A DNA stretch of 64,000 nucleotides from Polyangiaceae bacterium (lineage in GTDB: Bacteria > Myxococcota_A > Polyangia > Polyangiales > Polyangiaceae). This document shows positions 19,301 to 28,429 of the stretch, in pieces. Positions within the stretch are counted from its first letter, which is position 1. Each line of letters begins with the position of its first letter. Position numbers and translations under genes: made by a program. The notes beneath the pieces are model-generated. The model was not told where the DNA came from and made no database searches. It saw only the letters and a list, made by a program, of their open reading frames with translations. Where the stretch lies: positions 32,001 through 96,000 of the forward strand of contig JANRKO010000039.1 in the NCBI GenBank assembly GCA_033763455.1, written 5' to 3'.

Positions 19301-19377
19301 CCATTGTGAAGCAGATTTACAACGAGATCCGGAAGAGCAGTTCACGGCCACCGCCGCCGCAGACGCCAAGTGGCTGA
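16369..19377 (+). CDS. hsdR: Type I R-M restriction endonuclease subunit
   Basis: 'DLVLFVNGFPIATAELKN' nuclease, 'QHSAGSGKS' Walker A, 'DEAH', 'FTATPK', 'YQTGFDQP', 'QTLSRLNR'; GGAGGA RBS. Confidence 0.97.
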   Translation: MPKTQERHFEDAIEHHLIAAGGWTKGNAADFDRHTALVPKDFFAFVESTQPELWADLRKHHQANLEAAVLDTLVKALDVRGSLDVMRHGFKFFGKKIECAYFKPAHGMNPEILAKYAKNRLVVTRQVKFIAESEHSVDLVLFVNGFPIATAELKNPLTKQTVQNAITQYRDREARHALFQFKKRALVHFAVDPDLVYMATKLAGKDTVFLPFNRGANGGAGNPEHPSGYRTGYLWEEVWQRDSFLDILGRFAHLMVEERKVDGKIVSKESIVFPRYHQLDVVWKLDETARKEGAGHSYLIQHSAGSGKSNSIAWLAHRLSSLHDDKDQKVFDSVVVITDRRVLDQQLQENIYQFEHKQGVVQKIDENSQQLADALTSATPIIITTLQKFPFVTEKIGKLPGRRYALIVDEAHSSQTGEAARHMKEVLAARSLEDAEQEEGGEEEDSEDRLVKVMASRGKQKNLSFFAFTATPKAKTLEVFGHRDPEGKPIPFHLYSMRQAIDEGFILDVLKNYTTYKTYYRLVKAIEDDPKVNKRKATSQLARFMSLHQYNIAQKTEVMVEHFRSKVRHRIGGKAKAMVVTSSRLHAVRYHQAFQKYIAERGYRDVGVLVAFSGVVKDPDVDGVEFTEQGMNKGIKERELPEKFEGDEFQVLLVANKYQTGFDQPLLHTMYVDKRLSGVQAVQTLSRLNRIAPGKEDTFVLDFVNDVDEIERSFQPYYEQTTVAETADPNQLYELQHRLEAFQVFWAQEVEAFCKYFYAPKEKQSVSDQAEMYRALGPAVDRFKAKSEDDQDEFRNVLSGFVKLYSFLSQVMPFTDPDLERLYTYGRFLELKLPKDEKKAPLDLDGEVALKYYRLDKISEGQIVLTLADPVAIRGPSALGTRQAKDIEAPLSEIIEVLNERFGTEFTKADQLLFDQFIQEAKQDQEVVERALANPLDNFELAMKPKVEGLMIDRMDQNQDIVNRYLNDAAFQSAAFKAIVKQIYNEIRKSSSRPPPPQTPSG

Positions 19378-19405
19378 GATTCACCCCCAATACCCGATCT
19401 TGAGC

Positions 19406-20110
19406 TCACTTCGCATCAAGTGAAGCCGTAGCTGCCTTGCCGGCGTTGTGCCCGGTTTCGATCAGCTCCGAACGGTAAAGAATGTCACCGTCTTCGGTTT
19501 TGATTTCGCCGCCAATGTCACGGCCGGGTAACTCGCGGCTGGAGGTAACCACCATCGTGGCCATCTTTTCGCCCACAAAAACGGCGTATTCTTTGGATTC
19601 ACACGCGTGCTCATCCGTGCCAACCAGGCACGTGCTCTTCTTGGCGTCTACGAGGCCTTCGTTCGAATCAGCGGCAAACACGGTCTGGGCGAGGAGCTCC
19701 TCAAATGCGGCCAACGTGCTGGGGCGCTCTGACTTGCCTTCTACGGCAAGCACCTTCTCCACGGCGTCTGTCTTCGGGTTTCGGTAAACGCGAAGGGTGG
19801 TGGATTTGTCGCCATCCTGAAGCGCATATTCAACAACCACGGCCTTCGCGTCGCTGGAGAGCACGGCCTCCTTGAGCTCTAAGGGCTGCTCGCGAAATGT
19901 ACCGCTGAAGCGGCTCACGAAGTAGTCGCCCACGCGCCGAGCGACGCGCCCGTCACCAACGGGACGTGCCTCGGCTTTGCTCACCTTTGCATGGCTAGCT
20001 TTTGCCAGGTTCTTCGTACCCGGGGTTGCCGCACCGGAGGCCCCTTGGAGCAAGCTGCAGCCTGAAAGAAGCCAGCCAAGTGTTGCCGCGGCAAGGAGCT
20101 TGTTCGTCAT
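19406..20110 (-). CDS. Hypothetical lipoprotein
   Basis: Signal peptide with 'LSGC' lipobox; 234 aa. Confidence 0.75.
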   Translation of the reverse strand: MTNKLLAAATLGWLLSGCSLLQGASGAATPGTKNLAKASHAKVSKAEARPVGDGRVARRVGDYFVSRFSGTFREQPLELKEAVLSSDAKAVVVEYALQDGDKSTTLRVYRNPKTDAVEKVLAVEGKSERPSTLAAFEELLAQTVFAADSNEGLVDAKKSTCLVGTDEHACESKEYAVFVGEKMATMVVTSSRELPGRDIGGEIKTEDGDILYRSELIETGHNAGKAATASLDAK

Positions 20111-20200
20111 CCCCCAGCATTAGCCACAGCGTTGTCGGTTTGGACAAGTTTTCCCCAATGAACTTTCGAGCCTAGCACCAATTGGGATACGGTCCTGCCC

Positions 20201-22483
20201 ATGTTGGCCACGCAGCTGACCGTAGCCGTACGGCGCCGTCGCCTCTTCTGGGTGGGGCTAGGGTTGCTCTGTGCCCTTGCGGGGATAGTGATTTTTGGAA
20301 GCGGACCGGCTGCGGCTTACCTACTTCGAGAGCGCGCCAAAACTCGCGGCTTCGACCTCATCGCAAATGGGGTCAAGGTGCGGTGGCTCGCCATTGAGTG
20401 CTCCCAGGTTTTGGTGCACCGAAAAGCGCCGCTCCTCGACGCGCGTCTGAACAACGTGGTGTTCCGAGTTTCCATCCGAGGCGCGCTCGACCACCTCGAG
20501 GTGGGGAGTGGTAATATTGAGGCACAGGGTGCTCTTCAGGCCTGGAGACGTGCACTTCAAAGTACCCCAGCAACACCGGCTCATTACGAAGAACGTATGC
20601 TGCCGGGGGTAAGCGTCAGCAACCTGAAGTTGCAATGGAAAGTCGATCCCCATCTCACCCTCACAGCTGAGCTTCCCACTCTGGAGCAAGATCGCGCGGG
20701 GAAGTTGACGCTCATCGCCGCTCAGGCGCGCGTGCAAGCGCGGCTTGCGACAGCCACGATTCTTGGAGTGAGCGCCGAATTTCTCCCACTTCAAGGCGTG
20801 CGCAAGCTTGCAAACGTGAATGTCGACTCAGCAACGTTTGACCTAACCGAAGAGAAGGCTTCCGCAGCGCAACCAGCACCATCTTCAGCTTCACTTCCAT
20901 CTGTTGCGCCGGGCATTGCTCCCGGCGTTACACCGAACGTTGCTCCACGGAACGTTGCTCCACCAAGCGTTGCACCAGACGTTGCTCCAAGTGTCGCCCT
21001 GCGTGCCGAGTTGGACGCCTTGGCGGCGCGAGCAGAGCCGCTGCTCACCGACACTTTCCGGATGAGTCTCCATGAATTCAGCGTTACTGCTCACTTCGGC
21101 AAGCAGGCCTTCAGCATCGGCAAGGAGAAGGCCAGCCTGGCCCGCTCAGCGGACGCGCTCACCCTCCGCGTGGAACCCGCGGGCGAGCTTCTGCCGAACA
21201 GTACGCCGCTACGTATTGAGCTGCTTTTGCCCTTCAAATCAATTTCACCGCTCCATCTTTCCATCGAAGGTGGACCCATCACCCTGAAGGAGCTCGGTCT
21301 TGTACCCGGCGCTCTTGGGATCGAGCGGCCGGAGCGAGCAACGCTGGAAGCGTCCACCGAAGTCGCCCTTTCAGCGGGCGGAGCCCAAGTGTCGTTTTCT
21401 GGCAAAGGTGCGCTTGCGCAACTCTCCCTGGTCCATCCGCGCCTTTCAGCGGAGCCCATCCAAGATCTGCAATTGCGGCTCGCAGCAAAGGGTACGCTCG
21501 ATGTACCGAGTGGACTTCTAACACTTGAGGAAGGTGCGATACAGCTGGGGCAGGTGCGCGTGATCGCCAAAGGGAGCCTTCAGAAAAAGGCTGAGCACCT
21601 AGCCATTCACGGAACGCTGGAGGTGCCTCTGTGTGCCTGCCAAACAGCGAAAGATTCTCTGCCAGTAGGGCTTATTCCCGCACTCTCCGGGGTCGGGCTT
21701 TCGGGAACATTCGCATTCTCAGCCCGTGTTGATGCGGACTCCCGCAACCTAGCGAAGACGGCTGTCTCGTGGGAACTCAACAACGAGTGCCACGTAGATA
21801 GTATTCTTCCCGAACTCAATCCTGAGCGTTTTCGGCGGCCTTTTACTCAGCAGGTGGTCGGGAGCCATAATGAAGCACTTTTCTTGGAGACGGGCCCGGG
21901 CACGGCGAGTTGGACCTCTTCGGCGGAAATCCCCGAGGCTCTCATCACCGCCGCCCTCGTGAGCGAAGACGGAAACTTCTTTCACCATAAAGGCTTCGAC
22001 CATCGTGCGCTTCAAAACTCGGTGCGTGACAACTTGCAAGCCGGAAAGTTCCTGCGAGGCGGTAGTACGATTTCGATGCAGCTCGCAAAGAATCTGTACC
22101 TCAAGCGCGAGAAGACGCTCTCCAGAAAGTTCCAGGAAGCCTTCTTCACCATGCTGCTGGAACAAGAGCTGAGCAAAGATGAGATCTTGGAGCTTTACTT
22201 CAACGTGATCGAGTTCGGCCCAGATGTGTACGGCCTACGCCAAGCGGCGCTCTACTATTTCAACACCACGCCCGCTCAGCTTTCGACCGCACAAGCTTTC
22301 TTCCTTGTTTCCATCTTGCCAAATCCCAAAGAGGTGCGATTCAACAGTGCAGGAGTGCTCAAGCCTCGCTGGGCCTCCTACCTGCGCACGCTGATGCGTA
22401 TCGCACATGAACGAAAGCGCCTTTCTGACGCGGCCCTTGAGCAGGGGCTCGCGGAGGAGCTTCGTTTTGGCAAGCCTGAATGA
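20201..22483 (+). CDS. Large membrane-anchored peptidoglycan transglycosylase (GT51) lacking a transpeptidase domain
   Basis: 'SEDGNFFHHKGFD', 'RGGSTISMQLAKNL', 'RKFQE', 'KDEILELYFN' GT51 motifs at the C-terminus; N-terminal TM and long beta-rich region. Confidence 0.88.
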   Translation: MLATQLTVAVRRRRLFWVGLGLLCALAGIVIFGSGPAAAYLLRERAKTRGFDLIANGVKVRWLAIECSQVLVHRKAPLLDARLNNVVFRVSIRGALDHLEVGSGNIEAQGALQAWRRALQSTPATPAHYEERMLPGVSVSNLKLQWKVDPHLTLTAELPTLEQDRAGKLTLIAAQARVQARLATATILGVSAEFLPLQGVRKLANVNVDSATFDLTEEKASAAQPAPSSASLPSVAPGIAPGVTPNVAPRNVAPPSVAPDVAPSVALRAELDALAARAEPLLTDTFRMSLHEFSVTAHFGKQAFSIGKEKASLARSADALTLRVEPAGELLPNSTPLRIELLLPFKSISPLHLSIEGGPITLKELGLVPGALGIERPERATLEASTEVALSAGGAQVSFSGKGALAQLSLVHPRLSAEPIQDLQLRLAAKGTLDVPSGLLTLEEGAIQLGQVRVIAKGSLQKKAEHLAIHGTLEVPLCACQTAKDSLPVGLIPALSGVGLSGTFAFSARVDADSRNLAKTAVSWELNNECHVDSILPELNPERFRRPFTQQVVGSHNEALFLETGPGTASWTSSAEIPEALITAALVSEDGNFFHHKGFDHRALQNSVRDNLQAGKFLRGGSTISMQLAKNLYLKREKTLSRKFQEAFFTMLLEQELSKDEILELYFNVIEFGPDVYGLRQAALYYFNTTPAQLSTAQAFFLVSILPNPKEVRFNSAGVLKPRWASYLRTLMRIAHERKRLSDAALEQGLAEELRFGKPE
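20899..20998 (+). repeat. Coding low-complexity repeat, xVAP tetra/pentapeptides
   Basis: SVAP GIAP GVTP NVAP RNVAP PSVAP DVAP SVA; recurrent GTTGCTCC. Confidence 0.7.
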
Positions 22484-22485
22484 TG

Positions 22486-22974
22486 TCACCGACGCAGCGC
22501 CGAAAAAAACTCCCCTAGCTTCTGCGCGGCTTCGTCAGCGAATACTCCAGAAGTCAGCTCCACTCGATGATTCAAGCGAGGATCGACTCCGATCGTAAAG
22601 AGCGACTCCATGCCCCCTCCTTTCGCATCGCGGGCGCCGTACACCACGCGCGCCACCCGCGCATTCACGATTGCTCCAGCGCACATCACGCAGGGCTCCA
22701 ACGTCACGTACAAAGTAGTGCCTCCAAGGTTCCACCGCTTGCGCTTCTGGCCAGCAGCTCGCAATGCCACCACTTCCGCGTGGCCCACTGGATCAAAATC
22801 ACGCTCCCGAACGTTGTGGCCGCGGCTGAGCTCGACGCCCCCTTCGTCAACCAAGATGGCACCCACCGGTATGTCTGCGTGCAGGGGTGCCTCCGCCGCA
22901 ACTTCCAGCGCAAGCCGCATCCAGTGTTCGTCAGCGGCGCGTTGCTCAACCGTGAGTGGGGATTGGGTGGTCAC
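22486..22974 (-). CDS. tadA: tRNA adenosine(34) deaminase
   Basis: 'PVGA', 'HAEVVAL', 'YVTLEPCVMCAGA', 'LNH', 'FF..LR'. Confidence 0.9.
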   Translation of the reverse strand: MTTQSPLTVEQRAADEHWMRLALEVAAEAPLHADIPVGAILVDEGGVELSRGHNVRERDFDPVGHAEVVALRAAGQKRKRWNLGGTTLYVTLEPCVMCAGAIVNARVARVVYGARDAKGGGMESLFTIGVDPRLNHRVELTSGVFADEAAQKLGEFFSALRR

Positions 22975-23057
22975 CGTGTGCTTTTACCTCGGCGGGCTCC
23001 ACTTGGCGCCGTTTCAGGCTTTGGCGCGGCAAAGATCCCTGATAGCTTGCCCACGCT

Positions 23058-23489
23058 GTGCTCAAAGGAATTAGCCCGCTTCTTAGCCCCGAACTCCTCT
23101 CAACCCTCCACCGGATGGGGCATGGCGACGAAATCGTGCTCGCCGATGCCCATTTTCCGGGCCACTCCGTGAATCCTCGGGCCCTAAGAGCCGATGGGCT
23201 CACCGTCGCAGGTCTTCTGGACGCAATTCTACCTTTGTTTGAAGTCGACAGTTACGTGCCGGACGCACTGGTAATGATGGCAGCCGTACCCGGGGACACC
23301 TTGGATCCGGGCGTTGAAGAGCGTTTCCTGGTTCCGATCCGTCAGCATGCACCCAAAGCAGCGAACATCGTGCGGATCGATCGTTTCGCTTTCTACGAGC
23401 GGGCCGCCCGAGCCTTCGCGGTTGTTATGACCAGCGAGACGGCGAAATACGGCAACTTGATTCTAAAGAAGGGCGTCACGCCGGTCTAA
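23058..23489 (+). CDS. fucU: L-fucose mutarotase / RbsD-FucU family
   Basis: 'MLKGI...[15 protein letters not shown]', 'RFAFYERA', '[10 protein letters not shown]'. Confidence 0.9.
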   Translation: MLKGISPLLSPELLSTLHRMGHGDEIVLADAHFPGHSVNPRALRADGLTVAGLLDAILPLFEVDSYVPDALVMMAAVPGDTLDPGVEERFLVPIRQHAPKAANIVRIDRFAFYERAARAFAVVMTSETAKYGNLILKKGVTPV

Positions 23490-24518
23490 GGTAACTACTT
23501 CCGCAGTCAAGAACGCGAGCCCCTTCTCCACGTAGGCCGATTCTCCCACAAACACTGGGCAAATCTTGGCGCCCGCTCGAAGCCGATCGAGCAGTTCGGG
23601 CGCTACATCGGAACACTCGCGCAAGCGAATTACGCCACCGTCAAACCCGAGAAAAACGGGAGTATCCAGCGCCAACTGCTGAAAATCTGAGCCAACAAAC
23701 GTTGGATGCAAAGCCACAGAGGGCATACCCTCTTCGTCACGGGGGTAATCAATGCTGAAAGGCAGCCAGCGAAAGAATTCTAAGCGTGAAGCCTCAGCAC
23801 TCATGGATTCGGAGCTCGTGTCGGCACTCGATGCCGCTCTACTCAACGACTGAAGCTCGGATCGATTCAGTTCGTCCACAACTTGGATGGCCTCTTTCAC
23901 AGCCGCCAACATGCGTTCCACTGCCGAAAAGTCGACGGTACCTTGGGCGATTGGCCCCATTTCCAACGTGAGATGGCGACGCCCGAGAGAACCGGAAGTT
24001 CCCTGAAAGTTCGGCGAAGGCCCGTCACTCAAAATGCGGGCATCTGGCACGCGCTGCGAAAGGCGTGCAGCGAAGTCGAGAGTCCAAGGATCTTCACCCG
24101 ATACGATCAACGAAGCGCCCATGTTGGCCGTGGTCGTGTGAAGATCGATGAGCATCGGCACAGGCTCCACGAGGGCTCCAAGTTCGCTCCGTAGCGAAAG
24201 TGCACGCCCCATTTCGTACTCACGCGTACCGCGCACTCGGCCCTCCACCTGCGCCGCCGTAAGCGGGGAAGCGTAATCGTAGAAGAAGCAGCGATTGAGG
24301 TCTCGATCGATGTAACGAACGTTGCGCTGGATTGCTCGCGGATTTCCAAAAGCAACATCTACTGACTCAACGCTCCCGCAGGCAAACTCGAGCGCCCGAT
24401 TCTTAATGTATTGCGCCGCATGCACGCCGGTTCTTTCATTGCCATGCATTCCGCCGATCACGACCACGCGTGGAATCGCACCGAGCACGTTTGCTTGTTT
24501 GCCGTCCGCTAGGCCCAT
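23463..24518 (-). CDS. Aspartoacylase / succinylglutamate desuccinylase family (AstE_AspA)
   Basis: 'GGMHGNE', 'GNPRA...[11 protein letters not shown]', '[10 protein letters not shown]', C-terminal '[12 protein letters not shown]'. Confidence 0.88.
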   Translation of the reverse strand: MGLADGKQANVLGAIPRVVVIGGMHGNERTGVHAAQYIKNRALEFACGSVESVDVAFGNPRAIQRNVRYIDRDLNRCFFYDYASPLTAAQVEGRVRGTREYEMGRALSLRSELGALVEPVPMLIDLHTTTANMGASLIVSGEDPWTLDFAARLSQRVPDARILSDGPSPNFQGTSGSLGRRHLTLEMGPIAQGTVDFSAVERMLAAVKEAIQVVDELNRSELQSLSRAASSADTSSESMSAEASRLEFFRWLPFSIDYPRDEEGMPSVALHPTFVGSDFQQLALDTPVFLGFDGGVIRLRECSDVAPELLDRLRAGAKICPVFVGESAYVEKGLAFLTAEVVTLDRRDALL

Positions 24519-24645
24519 GGCCCGGTGCTACCACGAGGAGAGCCGACCCGAAACTGAACCCCTGATGCCGCGCCGCGGTGGGCATTGCGCGCTGGGTGAA
24601 TGGCCGCGGACGCCAGCGACCCTCGCCCCTGTTCAATTGCCCAGC

Positions 24646-25488
24646 TTAGAGCCGAAATTCCCCGCGCGCGACGATTTGGACAGCGCCACCCACCTCCACC
24701 TGCTGCACCTGGCTCAGGTCACCGGTTACCCGCGCAAACAACTCCGATGGGCGAAGCAATTCGGCCCCTTGCTCAATGCGCAGCACCTCGCCAAATGGAA
24801 ATTTACCATGCCGAACCAGGTGCACGCCGAGAGGCCCCGCAGCGGAAACTGTAGCAGGATCTTCTGGCACCCCCGCAGCCGGAGCAAATACACGCGTCTT
24901 CGCCCCTGCGCTTCGATACGAAAAAACACTGACTGTGGCGTCCGTGAGGCGACCAAGCGCCTGAAGGTTTGGATCAAGCTCCGACACAAGTGCATCGGAT
25001 GCCACCTGCACCATCACGTGTGAGGGACCGTTGTTGTAGAGCTCCACCGGAAGCTCCGCCCTCTCTAGGCCAAGTGCTGCTAAAAGCTCTTTCGACTTCG
25101 GAAAGGGAGCCCAAGTAGGCGTTGGCTGCAACATCCACCCGAAAGCGGCGCGCGCACCCTCGCGCACGATGCGCACGGCAATCGTTTCCCGCTCCAGCTC
25201 CAAGCCAAGCACGTCTACGTCGATTCCGTTAGCCAAAACGAGCGCGGTCCCCAAAACGGGGTGGCCGGAGAACGGTAGTTCCTTTCTGGGCGTGAAAATC
25301 CTGACCCGGGCGTGCCCACCTTTTTCGGCAGGGAAAACGAAAGTTGTTTCGGAGAGGTGAGTTTCCCGGGCGAATGCCTGCTGCAACTCATCACTCATGC
25401 CGCGCGCATCTGTGAAGACGGCCAAGGGGTTTCCCGCCAGCTTTTGCTCGCTGAATACGTCACAGATCACATAGCGGTAAGTCTTCAT
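24646..25488 (-). CDS. PhzF family isomerase/epimerase
   Basis: 'DVF....AGNPLAV', 'SETTFV', 'RIFTP..ELPF.GHP', 'EDPAT.SA', 'IEQG'. Confidence 0.9.
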   Translation of the reverse strand: MKTYRYVICDVFSEQKLAGNPLAVFTDARGMSDELQQAFARETHLSETTFVFPAEKGGHARVRIFTPRKELPFSGHPVLGTALVLANGIDVDVLGLELERETIAVRIVREGARAAFGWMLQPTPTWAPFPKSKELLAALGLERAELPVELYNNGPSHVMVQVASDALVSELDPNLQALGRLTDATVSVFSYRSAGAKTRVFAPAAGVPEDPATVSAAGPLGVHLVRHGKFPFGEVLRIEQGAELLRPSELFARVTGDLSQVQQVEVGGAVQIVARGEFRL

Positions 25489-25546
25489 CGGCGGTCTCTC
25501 TCGGGAGCTTGCCTCTCCGTCTAAATTGTCTCAACACTTTTCTCCG

Positions 25547-26035
25547 ATGCCCAAAGGCCAGAACCCCTCCACGCCCGCCACACGGCTCCTCAGGTCGAAA
25601 AACATCCCTTTTGAGGAGACGCCGTACGACTACGTTGAGAAGGGCGGCACTGAAAGAGCTTCTCAGTGTTTGGGCGTTCCGCATCACGCAGTGATCAAGA
25701 CACTCGTGATGGAAGACGAAAAGAAGAAGCCGCTTATCATATTGATGCACGGTGACTGTCAGGTCTCCACAAAACAGCTAGCACGTGAGCTCGGCACCGT
25801 CTCGGTCGCGCCCTGTACTCCTGAAACCGCGCACCGCCACACGGGCTACTTCGTGGGTGGCACTTCACCATTTGGGACTAAGAAAGAGCTCCGGGTTTTC
25901 GTCGAGGCCTCGATCCTGGAATTGGAAGCTCTGTATATTAACGGCGGCAGCCGTGGTTTCCTGCTCAAGCTTGCCCCCTCGGGGCTCATGCAGGCACTGA
26001 AGTGTACGCCCGTTCGCGTAGCGATCTCCGGGTAG
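25547..26035 (+). CDS. ybaK: Cys-tRNA(Pro) deacylase YbaK/EbsC
   Basis: 'TPA...L', 'VIKTLV', 'TGYFVGGTSPFG', 'INGGSRG'. Confidence 0.88.
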   Translation: MPKGQNPSTPATRLLRSKNIPFEETPYDYVEKGGTERASQCLGVPHHAVIKTLVMEDEKKKPLIILMHGDCQVSTKQLARELGTVSVAPCTPETAHRHTGYFVGGTSPFGTKKELRVFVEASILELEALYINGGSRGFLLKLAPSGLMQALKCTPVRVAISG

Positions 26036-26038
26036 CCG

Positions 26039-28243
26039 CTACTCAGCGTTGAGCCCGGCCAGTTCAAGTGGAGCGACCCTTTCGCTCGCGCTCAATTCTG
26101 CCTGAAATCGTGCCAAGAGGGACTCAAGCTCCTCGCGCTGAAACGGTTTACGCAAAACGGGTTGGGAGGTGCGCACCAGGAACTCGTGCGCAGAATCGCT
26201 GAAAGCCCCGCCCGTCACGAACACCATGCGGCGTTGCAGACCTGCATCAATGTCACCCAAGATCTCGTAAAGCTCCATACCACTCAAGTTGGGCATCATA
26301 AGGTCGCACAGGATAACGTCAAAGCTCTCCCGACCTAGCAGCTCTAAGGCATCACGCCCACTCGACGCTGTCGACACAGTGTGCACCTCGCGCAAAATGC
26401 GGGTGAGTGAGCGCATCACGAACATGTCGTCGTCTACGATGAGGACACGCAAGCCAGTGGTATTTCGTTCAACTTTCGGTGCAACGATGCTCGGAACTCG
26501 AGCCCGGTTGGCCGGCAACCGCACTTCGAAGGTGGTGCCCACGCCGAGCTCGCTATCTACGGCGATTTCCCCGCCCATATCGGCCACAATCTGGTGGCAA
26601 ATAGCGAGGCCGAGCCCCATACCCTCCCCAAGGGCCTTGCTGGTGAAAAATGGCTCAAAAATGCGTTTGCGAATTTCGTGAGGGATGCCGCGGCCGGTGT
26701 CCGTAACGCGGATAACCACACGCCCCTCAGCATCGAGCTCCGAGCTCACGCGCACCTCGTTTTCCTCGGCGCGCCCCACAGGAATGGCGTGAGCCGCGTT
26801 GCACATCAAGTTCACCACAACCTGCGACAACTTTCCGGCTGTCCCAGAGACACCCGGAACATCTTTCAACTCCATCACCAAGCGAGCACGGTGCCTCACT
26901 TCATTTCGGGTCATGCGCACGGATGACTCAATAACGTCGTTGACGGAAATGGTTCCGCTCACGTCCCGCCCTTCTCGGCCTAACGCATCAAGATCACGCA
27001 CAACATCGCGGACACGTTGGCCGCCCAAAAGCGCGTCTCGAAGCGGCTCTAAAAGAGCTTCCCAATTGGGCGTCGCCGCAGGTGCATCCTGACCTGCTTT
27101 CAGACTTTCGAGGCGGCGGATCACGGTCTCTACGTTGGATATCGTGTACATCAGGGGATTGTTGATCTCGTGCGCCACACCTGCGGCCAGAGTACCGAGG
27201 GCCGCCATGCGCTCACCAATAGCGAGCTGATTCTGAACCTGCTTTTTCTTAGATACATCGCGGTAGTGCCAGAGGTGTCCGGCCCTGCGCCCGTCCAGCT
27301 GAACCGGACGGTAATCGCGCTCCAAAACGCGACCATCGCTCATGTTGAGCTCATCACCCGTAACAGGCGCTCCTTGGAGTAACACCTCGCGCGCACGAAC
27401 GAGAAATTTTTCGGGGTCTACGAACTTCTTGGCGTACTCCCGGGTGCCCGCTTCGGAATTCCCACCCAACATCAAAGATGGCTCTGGAGTGCCAAAAAGG
27501 TCGCAAAATGCCTGATTCACATAGACGATGGTGCGCGCCTCATCCTCAAACAGAATCGCCGAATCCAACGAGTGCATGAGCGCCTGCAAACGTGAGCTCG
27601 TCTGCAAAAGTTCCTGCTCCATCAGCTGTCGGCGTTCCTGCTGACGCGACGCCTGAATCAAGAGCGTCATCTGATGCGCGGCTTCTTGGAGCGTTTCCTG
27701 CTCTTCGAGTGTCCAGCGATACGGAACAGCCGAGACCAAACTCAGTACGCCAAGCAAGTCTTCGGAGTGCCGCACCGGTACTTCAAGAATGGCCCGTGCG
27801 CCCGCAGACTGACAGCTCTCGCGAATAGGCTGCATCCGCTCATCTTCATTGACATCAACCACACACACGGGTGCCCCAGAGCGCAAGGCACGCAGGTACT
27901 CCATCGCGAGGGAAAGGTCCGCTGTGGCACTCGAAGAGTCGGTAGGCCGCGAGAAAGCCGCCGAATAAACCCACTTAAGATGGCCCTCCGCACCGATGAG
28001 CCCATAGGCTGCGCGGTGCTCGGGAAACTCCTGAGCTAGGGTTTGCACAGCTTCTTCGATAACCTGCTCGGGAGAAAGCTTGGCAGTGAAACAAGCCGCA
28101 ATCTGACGCAGGAGCCGGACGCGGGTTTCGAGCGCCCGCAGGCGCGGCGCAATAGAGGGCCCTTCCGCGGGGCGCGCGGCCAGAAGCGAGGTTTCGCTAG
28201 TGGGAAGAAGTTGGGGAGGCGGAGCCGTCTTCACGGGGTGCAC
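26039..28243 (-). CDS. Hybrid sensor histidine kinase (GAF-PAS-HisKA-HATPase-REC)
   Basis: 'AHEINNPL' H-box, 'QVVVNL..NA', 'DTGRG', 'GLGL'; C-terminal receiver 'VDDD...CDLMMP...KPF'. Confidence 0.93.
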   Translation of the reverse strand: MHPVKTAPPPQLLPTSETSLLAARPAEGPSIAPRLRALETRVRLLRQIAACFTAKLSPEQVIEEAVQTLAQEFPEHRAAYGLIGAEGHLKWVYSAAFSRPTDSSSATADLSLAMEYLRALRSGAPVCVVDVNEDERMQPIRESCQSAGARAILEVPVRHSEDLLGVLSLVSAVPYRWTLEEQETLQEAAHQMTLLIQASRQQERRQLMEQELLQTSSRLQALMHSLDSAILFEDEARTIVYVNQAFCDLFGTPEPSLMLGGNSEAGTREYAKKFVDPEKFLVRAREVLLQGAPVTGDELNMSDGRVLERDYRPVQLDGRRAGHLWHYRDVSKKKQVQNQLAIGERMAALGTLAAGVAHEINNPLMYTISNVETVIRRLESLKAGQDAPAATPNWEALLEPLRDALLGGQRVRDVVRDLDALGREGRDVSGTISVNDVIESSVRMTRNEVRHRARLVMELKDVPGVSGTAGKLSQVVVNLMCNAAHAIPVGRAEENEVRVSSELDAEGRVVIRVTDTGRGIPHEIRKRIFEPFFTSKALGEGMGLGLAICHQIVADMGGEIAVDSELGVGTTFEVRLPANRARVPSIVAPKVERNTTGLRVLIVDDDMFVMRSLTRILREVHTVSTASSGRDALELLGRESFDVILCDLMMPNLSGMELYEILGDIDAGLQRRMVFVTGGAFSDSAHEFLVRTSQPVLRKPFQREELESLLARFQAELSASERVAPLELAGLNAE

Positions 28244-28429
28244 GAGGCTAGAACGGCCACTTTACTCGGCGGCTTAACGAGGGCCGCATTTCGAGCAGAT
28301 CTGGGGAATCAAGCGAGAACACAGGCCGCGCGAGCATCCTTGGGTGCCTCAACCTGAACACCCGCTCATGGCAAGCTCATGGTCATTTCTTCGCGGCTGC
28401 CACGCCCAGCGCGTCTGCATGTGTGCGGC

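Larger units (their letters stand above)
9268..19387. mobile_element. Putative acquired defence island (no integrase or transposase seen)
   Basis: R-M plus nuclease cargo and a truncated PIN gene between core genes (ilvE and a lipoprotein); 10-bp inverted match GGGGTGAATC/GATTCACCCC at the ends. Confidence 0.45.

Noticed and set aside
23463..23489. 27-bp convergent overlap of fucU and the aspartoacylase gene
   Set aside because: Short tail-to-tail overlaps are common; no evidence of a functional link.
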